NCBI GenBank assembly: GCA_009908855.1
Contig: JAAAOM010000012.1
Location: 682-64,681 of the forward strand
Direction: 5' to 3'
Length of the DNA: 64,000 bases
Origin: Bacteroidota bacterium
Lineage (GTDB): Bacteria > Bacteroidota > Bacteroidia > Bacteroidales > JAAAOM01
Shown: one piece after another, positions 49,698-60,871 of the stretch
Numbering within the stretch: position 1 is the stretch's first letter
Layout of the letters: every line of letters starts with the position of its first letter
The notes under the pieces: generated by a model
Database searches by the model: none
What the model saw: only the letters and a program-made list of their open reading frames with translations
What the model was told of the DNA's origin: nothing
Program-made: the position numbers and the translations under genes

Positions 49698-50489
49698 TTA
49701 TTTTACTTCCTGTAACAACTCCATGAATTCTCTGAATGCCATTGCCGGGTTCTCGGTTCTCATAAAGTTTTCACCAATTAAAAATCCCTGAAATCCCTCT
49801 TGTTTTAATTCTATTATTTGCTTCGGATGACCGATACCACTCTCTGAAATCTTCACAAATTCACCAGGAATTTTTGCTGATAAATGTTTTGATGTATCCA
49901 GTGATACTTCAAACGTTTTAAGATTGCGATTGTTGACACCCACCACATCCAGATAGCTATTGACCATTTCAAGTTCCTGTTCGTTATGAATTTCCATCAA
50001 AACCTCTAAATGGAGGCTTTTTGCCAGCTTGGCAAAATGCATGGCTTCCGGCTTGGTAAGACAAGCGGCTATTAATAAAATGGCATCGGCTCCGATGGAC
50101 TTGGCCTCATAGATCTGATAATCATCAACGATAAAATCTTTTCTAAGTATAGGCACTTCATTTGCGCTGCGTGCACTAGTCAGGTCATTGTTTGAACCGC
50201 CGAAGAATTTCGTATCGGTAAGTACCGACAAGGCTGATGCACCCGCCTGAACGTATCCCTTTGTAACTGCTTCAACATCCGCCTGATCATTAATAATCCC
50301 TTTTGACGGGGATTGACGTTTAAACTCGGTAATAATCCCGGATTTATCATGCCTGATAATAAATTCCTTTAGTGAATGGGTAGGCCTGTTAAAATATTCA
50401 CTCTTTTCAAGCTCCTGCAGGGTTACTGCTTTTTTTGAAGTTTCAACCTCTTTCTTTTTGTAAGCAACAATTTCCTCTAGTATGGTCAT
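49698..50489 (-). CDS. trpC: Indole-3-glycerol-phosphate synthase
   Basis: EFKRQSPSKG, LRKDF, GVNNRNL, SESGI. Confidence 0.96.
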   Translation of the reverse strand: MTILEEIVAYKKKEVETSKKAVTLQELEKSEYFNRPTHSLKEFIIRHDKSGIITEFKRQSPSKGIINDQADVEAVTKGYVQAGASALSVLTDTKFFGGSNNDLTSARSANEVPILRKDFIVDDYQIYEAKSIGADAILLIAACLTKPEAMHFAKLAKSLHLEVLMEIHNEQELEMVNSYLDVVGVNNRNLKTFEVSLDTSKHLSAKIPGEFVKISESGIGHPKQIIELKQEGFQGFLIGENFMRTENPAMAFREFMELLQEVK

Positions 50490-50495
50490 GAGTGG

Positions 50496-51482
50496 TTATT
50501 GAATAAGTTTTTTAACAACGGTCAGTGCTTTTTTACCCAGTAGCGATTCTTCGGCCATCACCTTGCATTCATCAAGTGATTTATCAGGATAATAGCATTG
50601 CAGAGCGAGTACTGCATTGGCCATTACCACTCTGTTTTGGGCATCGGTACCATTGCCTTCCAATATGGTCATAAAAATGCCGGCCGATTCTTCCACATCC
50701 CTGCCACCGCGTATTTGTTCAGGTTCAACATGACTAAAACCAATGTCGGATGGCGACAATACCTGATCCTTATCAGCTGCAATTAGTCTAAAATCGCTGG
50801 TAAGTGATACCTCGTCATACCCATCCAGTGCATATACAATTGCATGGTTAATTCCGGCCATTTTAAAAACACCGGCATACAACTCCTGAACTTCCCCGCT
50901 ATAAACTCCGGTGAGTTGATATTGCGGACGAGCCGGGTTTACCAATGGCCCCAAAATATTAAAAAACGTTTTTAATTTTAATGCTTTTCGCACAGGGCCC
51001 ACATTTTTCATGGCGGGATGAAACAAGGGAGCATGTAAATAGCATAAATTGGCTTTTTCAAGGTCCGACTTTAGCTTATGTACATCGTTGCTGAATTGGT
51101 AACCCAAATACTCAAGCATATTGGATGAACCACTGGGGGACGAAACACCATAATTACCATGTTTTACAACTTTTGCTCCGGCACCGGCTACCACAAAGGC
51201 AGTAAGGGTTGAGATGTTAAATGTATGTTTGCCATCTCCTCCGGTACCGCATACATCAATGGTTTTATATGCCGACAGGTCTATGGCAACACATAAATCG
51301 AGCATGGCCTCGCGAAAACCTGAAAGTTCTTGGGCTTTTACACCGCGCATGATATAAATAGTAAGAAACGAGGCAATCTCCGCATCAGAATGTATCCCTT
51401 TGGCAATTTGCATTAATGCATCTTTGGCTTCTTCCTTGCTAAGGATATTTCCTTCAATGAGATGGGTTAATAGTTCCTTCAT
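50496..51482 (-). CDS. trpD: Anthranilate phosphoribosyltransferase
   Basis: DVCGTGGDG..TFNIST, KHGN. Confidence 0.96.
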   Translation of the reverse strand: MKELLTHLIEGNILSKEEAKDALMQIAKGIHSDAEIASFLTIYIMRGVKAQELSGFREAMLDLCVAIDLSAYKTIDVCGTGGDGKHTFNISTLTAFVVAGAGAKVVKHGNYGVSSPSGSSNMLEYLGYQFSNDVHKLKSDLEKANLCYLHAPLFHPAMKNVGPVRKALKLKTFFNILGPLVNPARPQYQLTGVYSGEVQELYAGVFKMAGINHAIVYALDGYDEVSLTSDFRLIAADKDQVLSPSDIGFSHVEPEQIRGGRDVEESAGIFMTILEGNGTDAQNRVVMANAVLALQCYYPDKSLDECKVMAEESLLGKKALTVVKKLIQ

Positions 51483-51534
51483 GATAATATTCTAAGGTTT
51501 TATGGATCTGTTAAATGTTTCACCTGAAAACGAA

Positions 51535-52107
51535 CTAATGCTTCAGCCAATTTTCAATCATTTTAAGGCCATTTTGTGTCAATACTGACTCCGGATGAAA
51601 CTGCACCCCTCTTACATCCAGGTTTTTATGGGTCAACCCCATAATCATCCCCTGATCATCTTCACAGGTAATCATTAAATCGTCCGGTAAATTTTCTGTG
51701 GATACTACCCATGAATGGTACCGTCCGGCTTCAAAATGATCCGGTAATTCTTTAAACAAGGGTTCGTCCTTATGTTTAAGAATAATATTGGTACCAATAC
51801 CATGATATACCTCGGATAAATTAGTGAGTTTACCACCAAATGCCTCGCCAATGGCCTGATGGCCCAAACAAACACCCAAAATGCTTTTTTTACGCGCATA
51901 GGTTTTAATCATTTCCAGACAGATACCAGCTTCATTGGGTATTCCCGGCCCGGGCGACATAAGTATTTTATCGTATTTATCAATTTCTTCCAGCGATATC
52001 TCATCGTTACGAACAACGGTTACTTTGAAATCCAAAATGCTTTCGATATAATGAACCAGGTTATACGTAAAAGAATCGTAATTATCAATAACCAACACTT
52101 TTTTCAT
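51535..52107 (-). CDS. trpG: Anthranilate synthase component II
   Basis: IDNYDSFTYNL, SPGPG, GVCLGHQ, QFHPES. Confidence 0.96.
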   Translation of the reverse strand: MKKVLVIDNYDSFTYNLVHYIESILDFKVTVVRNDEISLEEIDKYDKILMSPGPGIPNEAGICLEMIKTYARKKSILGVCLGHQAIGEAFGGKLTNLSEVYHGIGTNIILKHKDEPLFKELPDHFEAGRYHSWVVSTENLPDDLMITCEDDQGMIMGLTHKNLDVRGVQFHPESVLTQNGLKMIENWLKH

Positions 52108-52119
52108 ACCTTACACAAA

Positions 52120-53520
52120 TTAAATATTTTGCGCCATTTCAATAGCCTTTTTCAGGGCGCCCAGCTTGTTATTCACTTCCTGCAATTCACTTTCTTCAAT
52201 TGATTTGGCTACAATGCCTGCACCTGCCTGATAATATAAATAATTATTCTTACTCAGGAATGTACGGATCATGATGGCATGATTAAAGGTACCGTCAAAA
52301 TCGATATAACCCAACGCACCGCCATAATACCCGCGTGATTGATTTTCATATTCGTCGATTAGTTGCATGGCTTTATACTTGGGTGCTCCTGAAAGAGTTC
52401 CGGCGGGAAAAGTAGCCATCATCATATCAACACTGCCTGAGTCAGGGTGTAATTGGCCCGATACAGTTGATACCATGTGAATGACATGAGAGTAAAATTG
52501 AATATCGCGATAACTATCTACCTGTACATCATTTCCATGCCGACTCAAATCGTTACGGGCCAGATCAACCAACATTACATGCTCGGCATTCTCTTTTTCG
52601 TCTCTGGCAAGCTTTTCGGCCATTTCTTTATCCTGTAAATCATTGCCCGAACGTTTAAATGTACCTGCTATAGGGTTTATAAATCCCCGGTTGTCTTTTA
52701 TTTTGAGTTGTGCCTCGGGTGATGATCCAAAAATACGATAATCACCATAATCGTAATAAAACAAATAAGGGGATGGATTAATGGACCGGAGTGCACGGTA
52801 AACATTGAAATCATCCCCCTGAAAAGGTTGGTTGAACTGACGGGACAGGACGATTTGGAATACATCACCCCGAAAACACGATTTTTTACCTTTGGTTACC
52901 ATATCCATGTATTCGTGGTCGGTAATGTTGGATGATTCGCTTTCAAATACTTTAAATGCACTGGTGGTAGTTGTAAGCTGGTTTAACAATATTTCTATTT
53001 TCGGAATCTCCGACTCCTGCTGATCTATATTATTTTCAATGATATAAAGCAAATTCTGAAAATGATTGATGGCTATGATATATCTGAAAAATCCATATCG
53101 TACATCCGGAATGGTATATTCCTCTTTTTTTGGAGATTTGAATTTAATGGTTTCAAAATATTGTACCGCATCGAATGTGCTGTATCCGAAAATACCATTT
53201 ACCGGATAGCCATTCCGCTTCTCTACCTTAAAACTATGAATGAATTCATTGAATGCAGTTGCAAAATCAGCCGGTTTAGCTATTTCACCATGTACTTTTT
53301 CACCGTTTGGCCACGTACTAACATAGCGGAAATCGGTAACTTTAAATTCAGCAATGGGATCCAGGCAAATAAATGAAAAACTATTCTCACTGCCATGATA
53401 ATCAGAACTCTCAAGCAATAAAGAATTGGGATACAGCTCACGCAGTTTCAGAAAAATACTCACCGGGGTAAGTGTATCGGCTAATATAGTTTTTACTTGG
53501 GTCTTAATGTTGATCTTCAT
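52120..53520 (-). CDS. trpE: Anthranilate synthase component I
   Basis: LLES, NPSPY, PIAGT, EHVMLVDLARND, GTLSGAPK. Confidence 0.96.
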   Translation of the reverse strand: MKINIKTQVKTILADTLTPVSIFLKLRELYPNSLLLESSDYHGSENSFSFICLDPIAEFKVTDFRYVSTWPNGEKVHGEIAKPADFATAFNEFIHSFKVEKRNGYPVNGIFGYSTFDAVQYFETIKFKSPKKEEYTIPDVRYGFFRYIIAINHFQNLLYIIENNIDQQESEIPKIEILLNQLTTTTSAFKVFESESSNITDHEYMDMVTKGKKSCFRGDVFQIVLSRQFNQPFQGDDFNVYRALRSINPSPYLFYYDYGDYRIFGSSPEAQLKIKDNRGFINPIAGTFKRSGNDLQDKEMAEKLARDEKENAEHVMLVDLARNDLSRHGNDVQVDSYRDIQFYSHVIHMVSTVSGQLHPDSGSVDMMMATFPAGTLSGAPKYKAMQLIDEYENQSRGYYGGALGYIDFDGTFNHAIMIRTFLSKNNYLYYQAGAGIVAKSIEESELQEVNNKLGALKKAIEMAQNI

Positions 53521-53543
53521 AAACAATGATTACAGATTCACAT

Positions 53544-53578
53544 AAAAAACGGCTTACCGTAAGTTCGATAAGCCGTTT
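53544..53578 (-). terminator. trp attenuator intrinsic terminator
   Basis: Minus strand AAACGGCTTATCG-AACTTA-CGGTAAGCCGTTT followed by a T run, just upstream of trpE. Confidence 0.88.
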
Positions 53579-53614
53579 CAAATATTATTTCGTGTAAATA
53601 CAAAGGCTGCGCAC

Positions 53615-53671
53615 TCACGGTTTGTTTTTTCCGGAAGACCACCACCAGTTATTTACAGTTAATGTTTTCAT
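53615..53671 (-). CDS. trpL: trp operon leader peptide MKTLTVNNWWWSSGKNKP
   Basis: Three consecutive TGG codons in an 18-codon ORF preceding the terminator. Confidence 0.88.
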   Translation of the reverse strand: MKTLTVNNWWWSSGKNKP

Positions 53672-54055
53672 TCCATTGATATTATTAAAGCAAAGAAATA
53701 TTATTTTTTCCATTTATACAAGTTTTCGGCATTTTAGGTAATATATTTTATATTCGTCAAATCAAATTTGGGCAATAATTCTTATTATTTTAAACCCAAT
53801 GCGGAAATCAGTTATCCTGTTAAAATTTCTTAAAAATTAACTGTCAAAAATTGCACTACCTGCTAAGGGTTGTAAGTTCTATGAGCACCATGTCAGGTTT
53901 TATGGCCGAAAATGTTCGATGCGTTAACAATGATTGCTTCTAAACTGCATTTATAAAAAAAGTTGGCATTTTATAGCTTTGCATCACTATTAAAAAATAG
54001 ATGATTGTTTTTCACTGAGATAAATAATCCGAATTGTAAAACCAAAAAGAAAATT

Positions 54056-54559
54056 ATGACACTTAAAAAAAACAGCATGATACATGCACAATCAATTTTT
54101 ACAATGGCGCTTATGGCTCTGTTTATGTTGGCCGCAGGAAACAAAGTAACTGCTCAGCCCCCCATGCAGCAACCACAACAAATGCAAGTAGCACAACCCA
54201 GTGACGAAGAAATTCAGTTGTTTGTGGAAGCCGCCAAACAAGTGCAACCGTTACAACAAGAGGCGCAGCAAAAGATGGTTCAGAAAATACAGTCGTATGA
54301 TTTAGGGGTGCAGGAATTCAACGAAATTATGCAGTCTAAGCAAAATCCAAATTCTGATGTAGAAGTATCCAGTGAGGATGAACAGGCCTTTCAAAAGGCA
54401 TCACAAGAGATTAAAGTGGTGCAACAACAGTATCAGCAAAAAATACAGCAAAAAGTTGAAGAAACCGGCCTGGAAATGAGTAAGTATCGCGAAATAATGA
54501 TGGCCTATAGGCAGGATCAGGAGTTACAGTCAAAAGTAAATCAGATGATGCAACAATAA
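54056..54559 (+). CDS. DUF4168-like Gln-rich exported protein
   Basis: Signal peptide; two repeats SDEEIQLF.EA / SSEDEQAF.KA; GL....Y.EI....QD.EL. Confidence 0.7.
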   Translation: MTLKKNSMIHAQSIFTMALMALFMLAAGNKVTAQPPMQQPQQMQVAQPSDEEIQLFVEAAKQVQPLQQEAQQKMVQKIQSYDLGVQEFNEIMQSKQNPNSDVEVSSEDEQAFQKASQEIKVVQQQYQQKIQQKVEETGLEMSKYREIMMAYRQDQELQSKVNQMMQQ

Positions 54560-54584
54560 GCTCAATCATTCGATATACAGAAAT

Positions 54585-54618
54585 AAAAAACCCGTTGCCA
54601 ATGTGCAACGGGTTTTTT
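54585..54618. terminator. Bidirectional intrinsic terminator
   Basis: AAAAAACCCGTTGC-caatgt-GCAACGGGTTTTTT between convergent genes. Confidence 0.9.
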
Positions 54619-54645
54619 AATAGGTTAAATTATTTATTATTATTT

Positions 54646-55866
54646 TCAGGCAGCCTGTAGCCTTTTAATATTGGCTTTTTCCATCTTACGTTTGGCGTAA
54701 TCCATGGTAATATGCATTTCGTTGCTTTCCTTGCTCGGTAATTCAAACATGGCATCCATCATTATGGCTTCACAAATGGAACGCAGACCGCGTGCTCCGA
54801 GTTTAAACTCAACCGCTTTATCTACAATATATTCAAGCACTTCGTCGTCAAAGGTAAGATCAATACTATCGATCTTAAATAACTGAACATATTGTTTGAT
54901 AATTGAATTTTTTGGTTCGGTAAGAATTCTTCTGAGCGCTTCTCTGTCGAGCGGGTTCAGATAGGTTAGAACCGGTAAACGGCCAATTATTTCGGGTATC
55001 AATCCAAAGGCCTTAAGGTCCTGCGGTGAAATGTATTGCAAGAGGTTATCCCGGTCGATATGATCGCGGTCTTTGGCCGCATTGTACCCCACAACTTTAG
55101 TATTGAGTCGTTGAGCAATTTTCTTGTCAATGCCATCAAAAGCGCCGCCACAAACAAAGAGAATATTTTTGGTATTTACCGAGATCATTTTCTGGTCGGG
55201 ATGTTTACGCCCGCCCTGTGGAGGCACATTTACTGTTGAGCCTTCCAGTAATTTAAGTAATCCCTGTTGTACACCTTCACCCGACACATCGCGTGTAATG
55301 GATGGATTATCGCCTTTACGGGCAATCTTATCAATTTCGTCAATAAATACAATGCCTTTTTCAGCTGCTTCCACGTTGTAATCGGCCACTTGTAAGAGCC
55401 TGGTAAGCACGCTTTCAATATCTTCACCCACATAACCGGCTTCTGTAAGCACTGTAGCATCAACAATGGTGAAAGGTACATTTAACATACGAGCAATGGT
55501 TCTGGCCAACAGGGTTTTTCCGGTTCCCGTTTCGCCTACCAGAATGATGTTCGATTTTTCAATCTCAATCTCATCCTCGTTTTTAAAATTGCCCTGCATC
55601 AATCTTTTATAGTGATTGTAAACGGCAACGGAAAGGTATTTCTTGGCTTCCTCCTGTCCAATCACATATTGATCGAGAAAACTTTTAATTTCGAGTGGTT
55701 TGATAAGTTTGATCTGAGACACATCAAACTCATCCACCCGTTTCTTTTCTTCCTGCAATATTTCGTAAGCCTGATCGATACAGCTGTCACAAATATGTGC
55801 CGAAATGCCGGCAATAAGCAGTTCAGTGTCTTTTTTTTCTCTTCCGCAAAAAGAACATTTATCCAT
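54646..55866 (-). CDS. clpX: ATP-dependent Clp protease ATP-binding subunit
   Basis: CSFCG zinc finger, [28 protein letters not shown]. Confidence 0.98.
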   Translation of the reverse strand: MDKCSFCGREKKDTELLIAGISAHICDSCIDQAYEILQEEKKRVDEFDVSQIKLIKPLEIKSFLDQYVIGQEEAKKYLSVAVYNHYKRLMQGNFKNEDEIEIEKSNIILVGETGTGKTLLARTIARMLNVPFTIVDATVLTEAGYVGEDIESVLTRLLQVADYNVEAAEKGIVFIDEIDKIARKGDNPSITRDVSGEGVQQGLLKLLEGSTVNVPPQGGRKHPDQKMISVNTKNILFVCGGAFDGIDKKIAQRLNTKVVGYNAAKDRDHIDRDNLLQYISPQDLKAFGLIPEIIGRLPVLTYLNPLDREALRRILTEPKNSIIKQYVQLFKIDSIDLTFDDEVLEYIVDKAVEFKLGARGLRSICEAIMMDAMFELPSKESNEMHITMDYAKRKMEKANIKRLQAA

Positions 55867-55877
55867 AAGCTACCTCA

Positions 55878-56564
55878 TTATTCATCCCTGGATTTTGGTG
55901 TTTTGGCCAAAATCTCATCAATCATTCCATAGTCAAGGGCTTCCTTGGATGTCATCCAATGATCACGATCAGAGTCTTTCATTACCTGATCGAATGGTTT
56001 GCCCGAGTGTTCGGAAATGATCTTATATAATTCATCGCGCAATTTAAGAATCTCACGTGTTGTAATTTCAATATCCGAGGCCTGTCCCTGTGCGCCACCC
56101 ATTGGTTGGTGGATCATGATCCGTGAATGGTTCAATGCTGAGCGCTTGCCTTTGGTTCCGGCTCCCAGCAGAACGGCGGCCATGGATGCTGCCATTCCGG
56201 TACAAATAGTAGCAATATCGCAATTGATATATTGCATCGTATCGTAGATACCTAAACCTGCATGTACTGATCCGCCCGGTGAATTAAAGTAGATTTGAAT
56301 GTCTTTTCCCGGATCAGACGAATCCAAATATAACAATTGGGCCTGAATGATATTGGCCACATAATCATCGATGGGTAGCCCCAAAAAAATGATGCGGTCC
56401 ATCATTAACCTGGAAAAAACATCCATTGAAGCCACATTCATTTGTCGTTCTTCAATAATAGTGGGTGAAATATATGCATTGTAGGCCGATGATACTTTGT
56501 TCATCGATGTGCCGGATATTCCGTGATGTTTTGTTGCGTATTTATAAAAATCATTGTAATCCAT
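55878..56564 (-). CDS. clpP: Clp protease proteolytic subunit
   Basis: DVFSRLMMDRIIFL, NSPGGSV, GMAASMAA, IMIHQP. Confidence 0.98.
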   Translation of the reverse strand: MDYNDFYKYATKHHGISGTSMNKVSSAYNAYISPTIIEERQMNVASMDVFSRLMMDRIIFLGLPIDDYVANIIQAQLLYLDSSDPGKDIQIYFNSPGGSVHAGLGIYDTMQYINCDIATICTGMAASMAAVLLGAGTKGKRSALNHSRIMIHQPMGGAQGQASDIEITTREILKLRDELYKIISEHSGKPFDQVMKDSDRDHWMTSKEALDYGMIDEILAKTPKSRDE

Positions 56565-56596
56565 AGGTAAAAAATCTTTTGAATGTAAAGATATAA

Positions 56597-57952
56597 CTAT
56601 TTTTCCACCAATTTGTTGAATTTCTCTGAAGATATTTCCTTCTCATCGATCTTAACCATTTCTTTAACTTTTTCAATGAGCTTTTCTTCACGTTTTTGGT
56701 CGTAAAATCGTCTTTTATCCTCCTCGCGTTTCATCATTTCCGTGGCAAAATTATCGAGGTATTCGTCAGGTATATTGCCCATTCCATATTGCATGTATTG
56801 GTACTGCGCCACCTTTTTGGCCACTTCTTTGGCTTCTTCTTCTGATACCTCAATTTCGTAATCTTTGGCCAGTTTATCACGTACCAATTGCCATTTTAAG
56901 TCTTCAGCAAATTTTGGGAATTCTTCATCTATTTGCTCTTTGGTAAATTTTTCTTTATTCACGGCATACAACCATCGTTTCAGGAATTCTTCCGGCAAAT
57001 CAAGTTTTACTTTTTTAAGCAGTCCCTGTTTGATATCATCACTGAGTTTCCAATTTGCCTCCTGTTCAAGGTTGGGACTAATTTCTTCATCTATTTTAGC
57101 GGCAAATTCTTCTTTGGAATTTACATTGCCTTCACCATATATTTTATCAAATAATGACTGATCAATCGGCGATGGTTCGAAAACCGAAATACTTTTGAGG
57201 GTTATTTCAAATTGAGGATTGATATTGTCCAATTGTTCTTTTTCAATTTGCAGTAAACCAGCCAGATCGGCTTCATTAGGAAATGCTTTTTTAACATCCA
57301 GCACCACTTTATCTCCCACTTTCAGTCCCAGCATTTTATTACGGCTCTCTTCATCGGTCATATATTCCATAGAAATTGAACCTTCTTCAACCGAAACACC
57401 ATTTTCTGTAGGATGACCGTTTTCATCCAATTCTATCAATTTGGCTTTTAAATATTCCTTATCCTTTACCTCATCAATTTCTTTAAAAGCGCCATAACGA
57501 CGTGCATAATTATCAATGTATCTGTTGCGTAACTCATCATCGATATTTATCCGGTACCTGGTAAATTTGTCTTTTTTAGAGACGGTAATATCAACTTCCG
57601 GTGCCAGGCCAATATCGAATGCAAATTCAAATTGTTCATCCTGATCCCAGTCTACTTCAGGGGTGAAACTTTCACTTGGAAGGGGCTCACCCAAGATATT
57701 CAACTGTTCATCAATAAGGTATTTGGTAAGTGATTCAGACATTAATTTATTCACCTCATCAACCAAAACGGGTTTGTAATATTTTTTCTTAATCAATCCC
57801 ATGGGAACCTTTCCGGGACGAAATCCATCCAGGTTGGCTTTTTTTCGGTAATCATTCAGTACATGTTCAACCCGGTCTTTATAATCGGATGGTTCAATGG
57901 TTACTTTCAATACAGCATTTAACGCGTCGCTGTTTTCTTTAGAAATGTTCAT
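56597..57952 (-). CDS. tig: Trigger factor
   Basis: GFRPGKVP ribosome-binding motif; upstream of clpP. Confidence 0.95.
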   Translation of the reverse strand: MNISKENSDALNAVLKVTIEPSDYKDRVEHVLNDYRKKANLDGFRPGKVPMGLIKKKYYKPVLVDEVNKLMSESLTKYLIDEQLNILGEPLPSESFTPEVDWDQDEQFEFAFDIGLAPEVDITVSKKDKFTRYRINIDDELRNRYIDNYARRYGAFKEIDEVKDKEYLKAKLIELDENGHPTENGVSVEEGSISMEYMTDEESRNKMLGLKVGDKVVLDVKKAFPNEADLAGLLQIEKEQLDNINPQFEITLKSISVFEPSPIDQSLFDKIYGEGNVNSKEEFAAKIDEEISPNLEQEANWKLSDDIKQGLLKKVKLDLPEEFLKRWLYAVNKEKFTKEQIDEEFPKFAEDLKWQLVRDKLAKDYEIEVSEEEAKEVAKKVAQYQYMQYGMGNIPDEYLDNFATEMMKREEDKRRFYDQKREEKLIEKVKEMVKIDEKEISSEKFNKLVEK

Positions 57953-58042
57953 AGCACAAATCTTTAGCTGATTATTAAAATGTTAAAAACCGCTAATCTA
58001 ATCGACCATGAGCCGATAGTTCAGCGGTTTATGATAAATACG

Positions 58043-58124
58043 TGCGGATGGAGGGACTCGAACCCACACGCCCGAAGGCACTAGATCCTAAGTCTAGCGC
58101 GGCTACCAATTACGCCACATCCGC
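58043..58124 (-). tRNA. tRNA-Leu (anticodon TAG), CCA not encoded
   Basis: GCGGATG acceptor, CTAGA-CTTAGGA-TCTAG anticodon arm, long variable arm GCCTTCGGGC, GGTTCGAGTCC T-loop; TATCTTTG box just upstream. Confidence 0.96.
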
Positions 58125-58240
58125 TTGGGAATTTTGCGATGCAAAGATATTTAAATTTTTTATTTATGATAAATAATCACTGAAAAATTGAACCACTTGT
58201 ATATGAAATTGTCTTTATACAAAACCTTAAACTATAAATT

Positions 58241-59095
58241 ATGAAATCAAGGATTAAATTAACTGGCGTTTGTATCATCGCTTTGCTGGCAGGAACAATA
58301 AGCCTGAATGCACAAAAAAATGTTCAGTTGGTTGAACAATGGACGGCTTCAGAAGGACTTAAAACACCTGAATCAGTTTTTTATGATGCCCGCCATGACT
58401 TGTTTTATGTATCAAACATTAATGGTAAACCAACCGAAAAGGATAACAATGGTTTTATTGCCAAAGTAGGCATCAATGGCGAGGTTATGAAAGCAAAATG
58501 GGTGAAAGGCATGCATGCTCCTAAAGGAATGTATCTGGATGGGCATTTATTGTATGTTACCGACATTGATCGGTTAGTTATTATTGACACCAGAAAAGAA
58601 ATGATTTCAAAAATAATTGATGTTGAAGGCGCTAAATTTCTGAATGATATAACCATTTCGCCTGCAGGGGATATTTATATTACTGATTCGGAAAACAAAG
58701 CCATTTATATGTACAATGAAGGCACCATTGAAAAATGGTTGGATTTGAGTGATTATAATTTCCCGAATGGACTGCGTTTTTACAACGGCAAGGTGGTTGT
58801 TGGCGTGGCCGGTTCTATATTAGCTATTGAACCGAATACACAAAAAATACATACCATTGCCTCCAATACAGGCAGTATTGATGGCATAGCAAGGGATGCC
58901 CAAGGAAATTATATTATTTCGGACTGGAGTGGGGTTATTTCCTACATAATGCCTGAAAGCGGAAAAAAAGAGCTGTTAAACGTAAAAGGTGAAGAAATAA
59001 ACACAGCTGATTTTGAATATATTCAGGAGAAAAATATGATCTATGTTCCTACTTTTTTCGATAATAAGGTAGTTGCTTATGAATTGAAATATTAG
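58241..59095 (+). CDS. SMP-30/gluconolactonase-like exported beta-propeller
   Basis: Signal peptide; TPESV, APKGM, FLND, PNGL, DGI. Confidence 0.8.
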   Translation: MKSRIKLTGVCIIALLAGTISLNAQKNVQLVEQWTASEGLKTPESVFYDARHDLFYVSNINGKPTEKDNNGFIAKVGINGEVMKAKWVKGMHAPKGMYLDGHLLYVTDIDRLVIIDTRKEMISKIIDVEGAKFLNDITISPAGDIYITDSENKAIYMYNEGTIEKWLDLSDYNFPNGLRFYNGKVVVGVAGSILAIEPNTQKIHTIASNTGSIDGIARDAQGNYIISDWSGVISYIMPESGKKELLNVKGEEINTADFEYIQEKNMIYVPTFFDNKVVAYELKY

Positions 59096-59818
59096 TTAAC
59101 GCAGTTCAAAATTTTTACCCAGGTACACACGGCGTACCTGCTCGTCATCAGCCAAATCCTGAGCAGTGCCTGCTTTGAGTATTTCTCCTTCAAATAAAAG
59201 ATAAGCCCTGTCGGTAATCGACAGGGTTTCGTGTACATTATGGTCAGTGATAAGTATCCCAATATTTTTTTCTTTGAGCCGTGATACAATTTCCTGGATA
59301 TCCTCCACGGCAATGGGATCAACACCTGCAAAGGGCTCGTCAAGTAAAATAAATTTGGGATCAAGTGCCAATGCCCTGGCAATTTCAGTTCTGCGACGCT
59401 CACCACCCGATAATTGAATACCCAGGCTCTTACGGATGCGTACCAGTCCGAATTCTTCAAGCAGGTTTTCAACCCTTCTTTTTTGTTCTGCTTTGCTCAG
59501 GTTAGACATTTCAAGGATTGTTTTAAGATTGTCTTCCACGCTAAGTTTACGAAATACCGAAGCCTCCTGTGCCAAATAACCAATTCCTCTTTTTGCGCGC
59601 TGATAAACCGGAAGGGTTGTAATATCCTTATCTTCAAGGAATATTCTGCCACCATTTGGCGTAATAAGTCCCACAATCATATAAAAAGTAGTTGTTTTCC
59701 CGGCACCGTTCGGGCCCAATAATCCAACTATTTCACCCTGTTCTAATTCCACTGACGCTCCCTTTACCACTGTTTTCGTGCGGTATCGTTTCACCAAATC
59801 TTTAGTATGTAGTCTCAT
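59096..59818 (-). CDS. lptB: LPS export ABC transporter ATPase
   Basis: [38 protein letters not shown]. Confidence 0.96.
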   Translation of the reverse strand: MRLHTKDLVKRYRTKTVVKGASVELEQGEIVGLLGPNGAGKTTTFYMIVGLITPNGGRIFLEDKDITTLPVYQRAKRGIGYLAQEASVFRKLSVEDNLKTILEMSNLSKAEQKRRVENLLEEFGLVRIRKSLGIQLSGGERRRTEIARALALDPKFILLDEPFAGVDPIAVEDIQEIVSRLKEKNIGILITDHNVHETLSITDRAYLLFEGEILKAGTAQDLADDEQVRRVYLGKNFELR

Positions 59819-59869
59819 GCGTGCAAACTTTAAACTTCCAAATTAAAACAGTTTTTTCCATATCAAAAA

Positions 59870-60679
59870 TTAAACCGCTTCGGCTTTAACCACATTTTTT
59901 GATATTCGGATACCAATTTCATAAAGTATGGAGAGCGGCATAGCCACTAAAATCAAACTCAAAATATCAGGTGGTGTAATAATAGCTGATAGCAATAAAA
60001 CCACTATAAATGCATGTTTGCGGTACTTTCTTAAGAATTCGGGAGTTACCAGTCCCATTTTTGACAAAAAATAAATGATTACCGGTAATTCAAACACAAT
60101 GGCGCTGGCAAGTGTAATGGATGACACAGTGGTTATGTAGGAAACCAGGTTTATTTCATTGCTAACTTCAGTACTTACCTGGTAACTGCCTAAAAAATGA
60201 ACTGACAACGGAGAAATAAGAAAATACCCAAACATTACACCCAACATAAACAAAAATGAACAATAAAAAATGGCCAATGCTGCATATTTTTTTTCATTTT
60301 TGTATAGCCCCGGATTGATGAAACGATATATTTCATAAAATAAATATGGAGAAGCAACCACAATACCGGCAATAACTGATACCAATATATGCGTGGTAAA
60401 CTGGCCGGCCATGTAAATATTTTTTAACTCAACCGGCGAGGAATTTATACACAAACTGGCAAAACCCAGTTTATCCCCGATATTGCAAAGTGTCCTGTTC
60501 GTGAAAAAACCGGGCTGTCGAGGGGCCAAAATAATTGTGTCGAACACAACATCTTTAAATACAAACGCCACAATACCAACCAGTACTATAGCAAATAAGG
60601 AGCGTATCAGATGCCATCGCAATTCTTCCAGATGCTCCAAAAAAGTCATATCATCATTCTTACCTTCAAACATTATCAT
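59870..60679 (-). CDS. tatC: Twin-arginine translocase subunit TatC
   Basis: MTFLEHLEELR, PGLY..E, FELP, AIITPPD. Confidence 0.96.
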   Translation of the reverse strand: MIMFEGKNDDMTFLEHLEELRWHLIRSLFAIVLVGIVAFVFKDVVFDTIILAPRQPGFFTNRTLCNIGDKLGFASLCINSSPVELKNIYMAGQFTTHILVSVIAGIVVASPYLFYEIYRFINPGLYKNEKKYAALAIFYCSFLFMLGVMFGYFLISPLSVHFLGSYQVSTEVSNEINLVSYITTVSSITLASAIVFELPVIIYFLSKMGLVTPEFLRKYRKHAFIVVLLLSAIITPPDILSLILVAMPLSILYEIGIRISKNVVKAEAV

Positions 60680-60871
60680 TAAATTTGTGTAACAAAATTC
60701 AGAAGCACAAAAATAGATTCTTATCGGAATTAAATAGTAAAGACCTCACCATTAATTAAAAAAAGTTGTTAAATTGGTAATATTAATTAAACGCCTTCTT
60801 AACAAAACTTTTTCAGTCAGTATTTTATTATATCATCAGGATTTATTGGATTAAGGAGAGAAAGTCAAATA

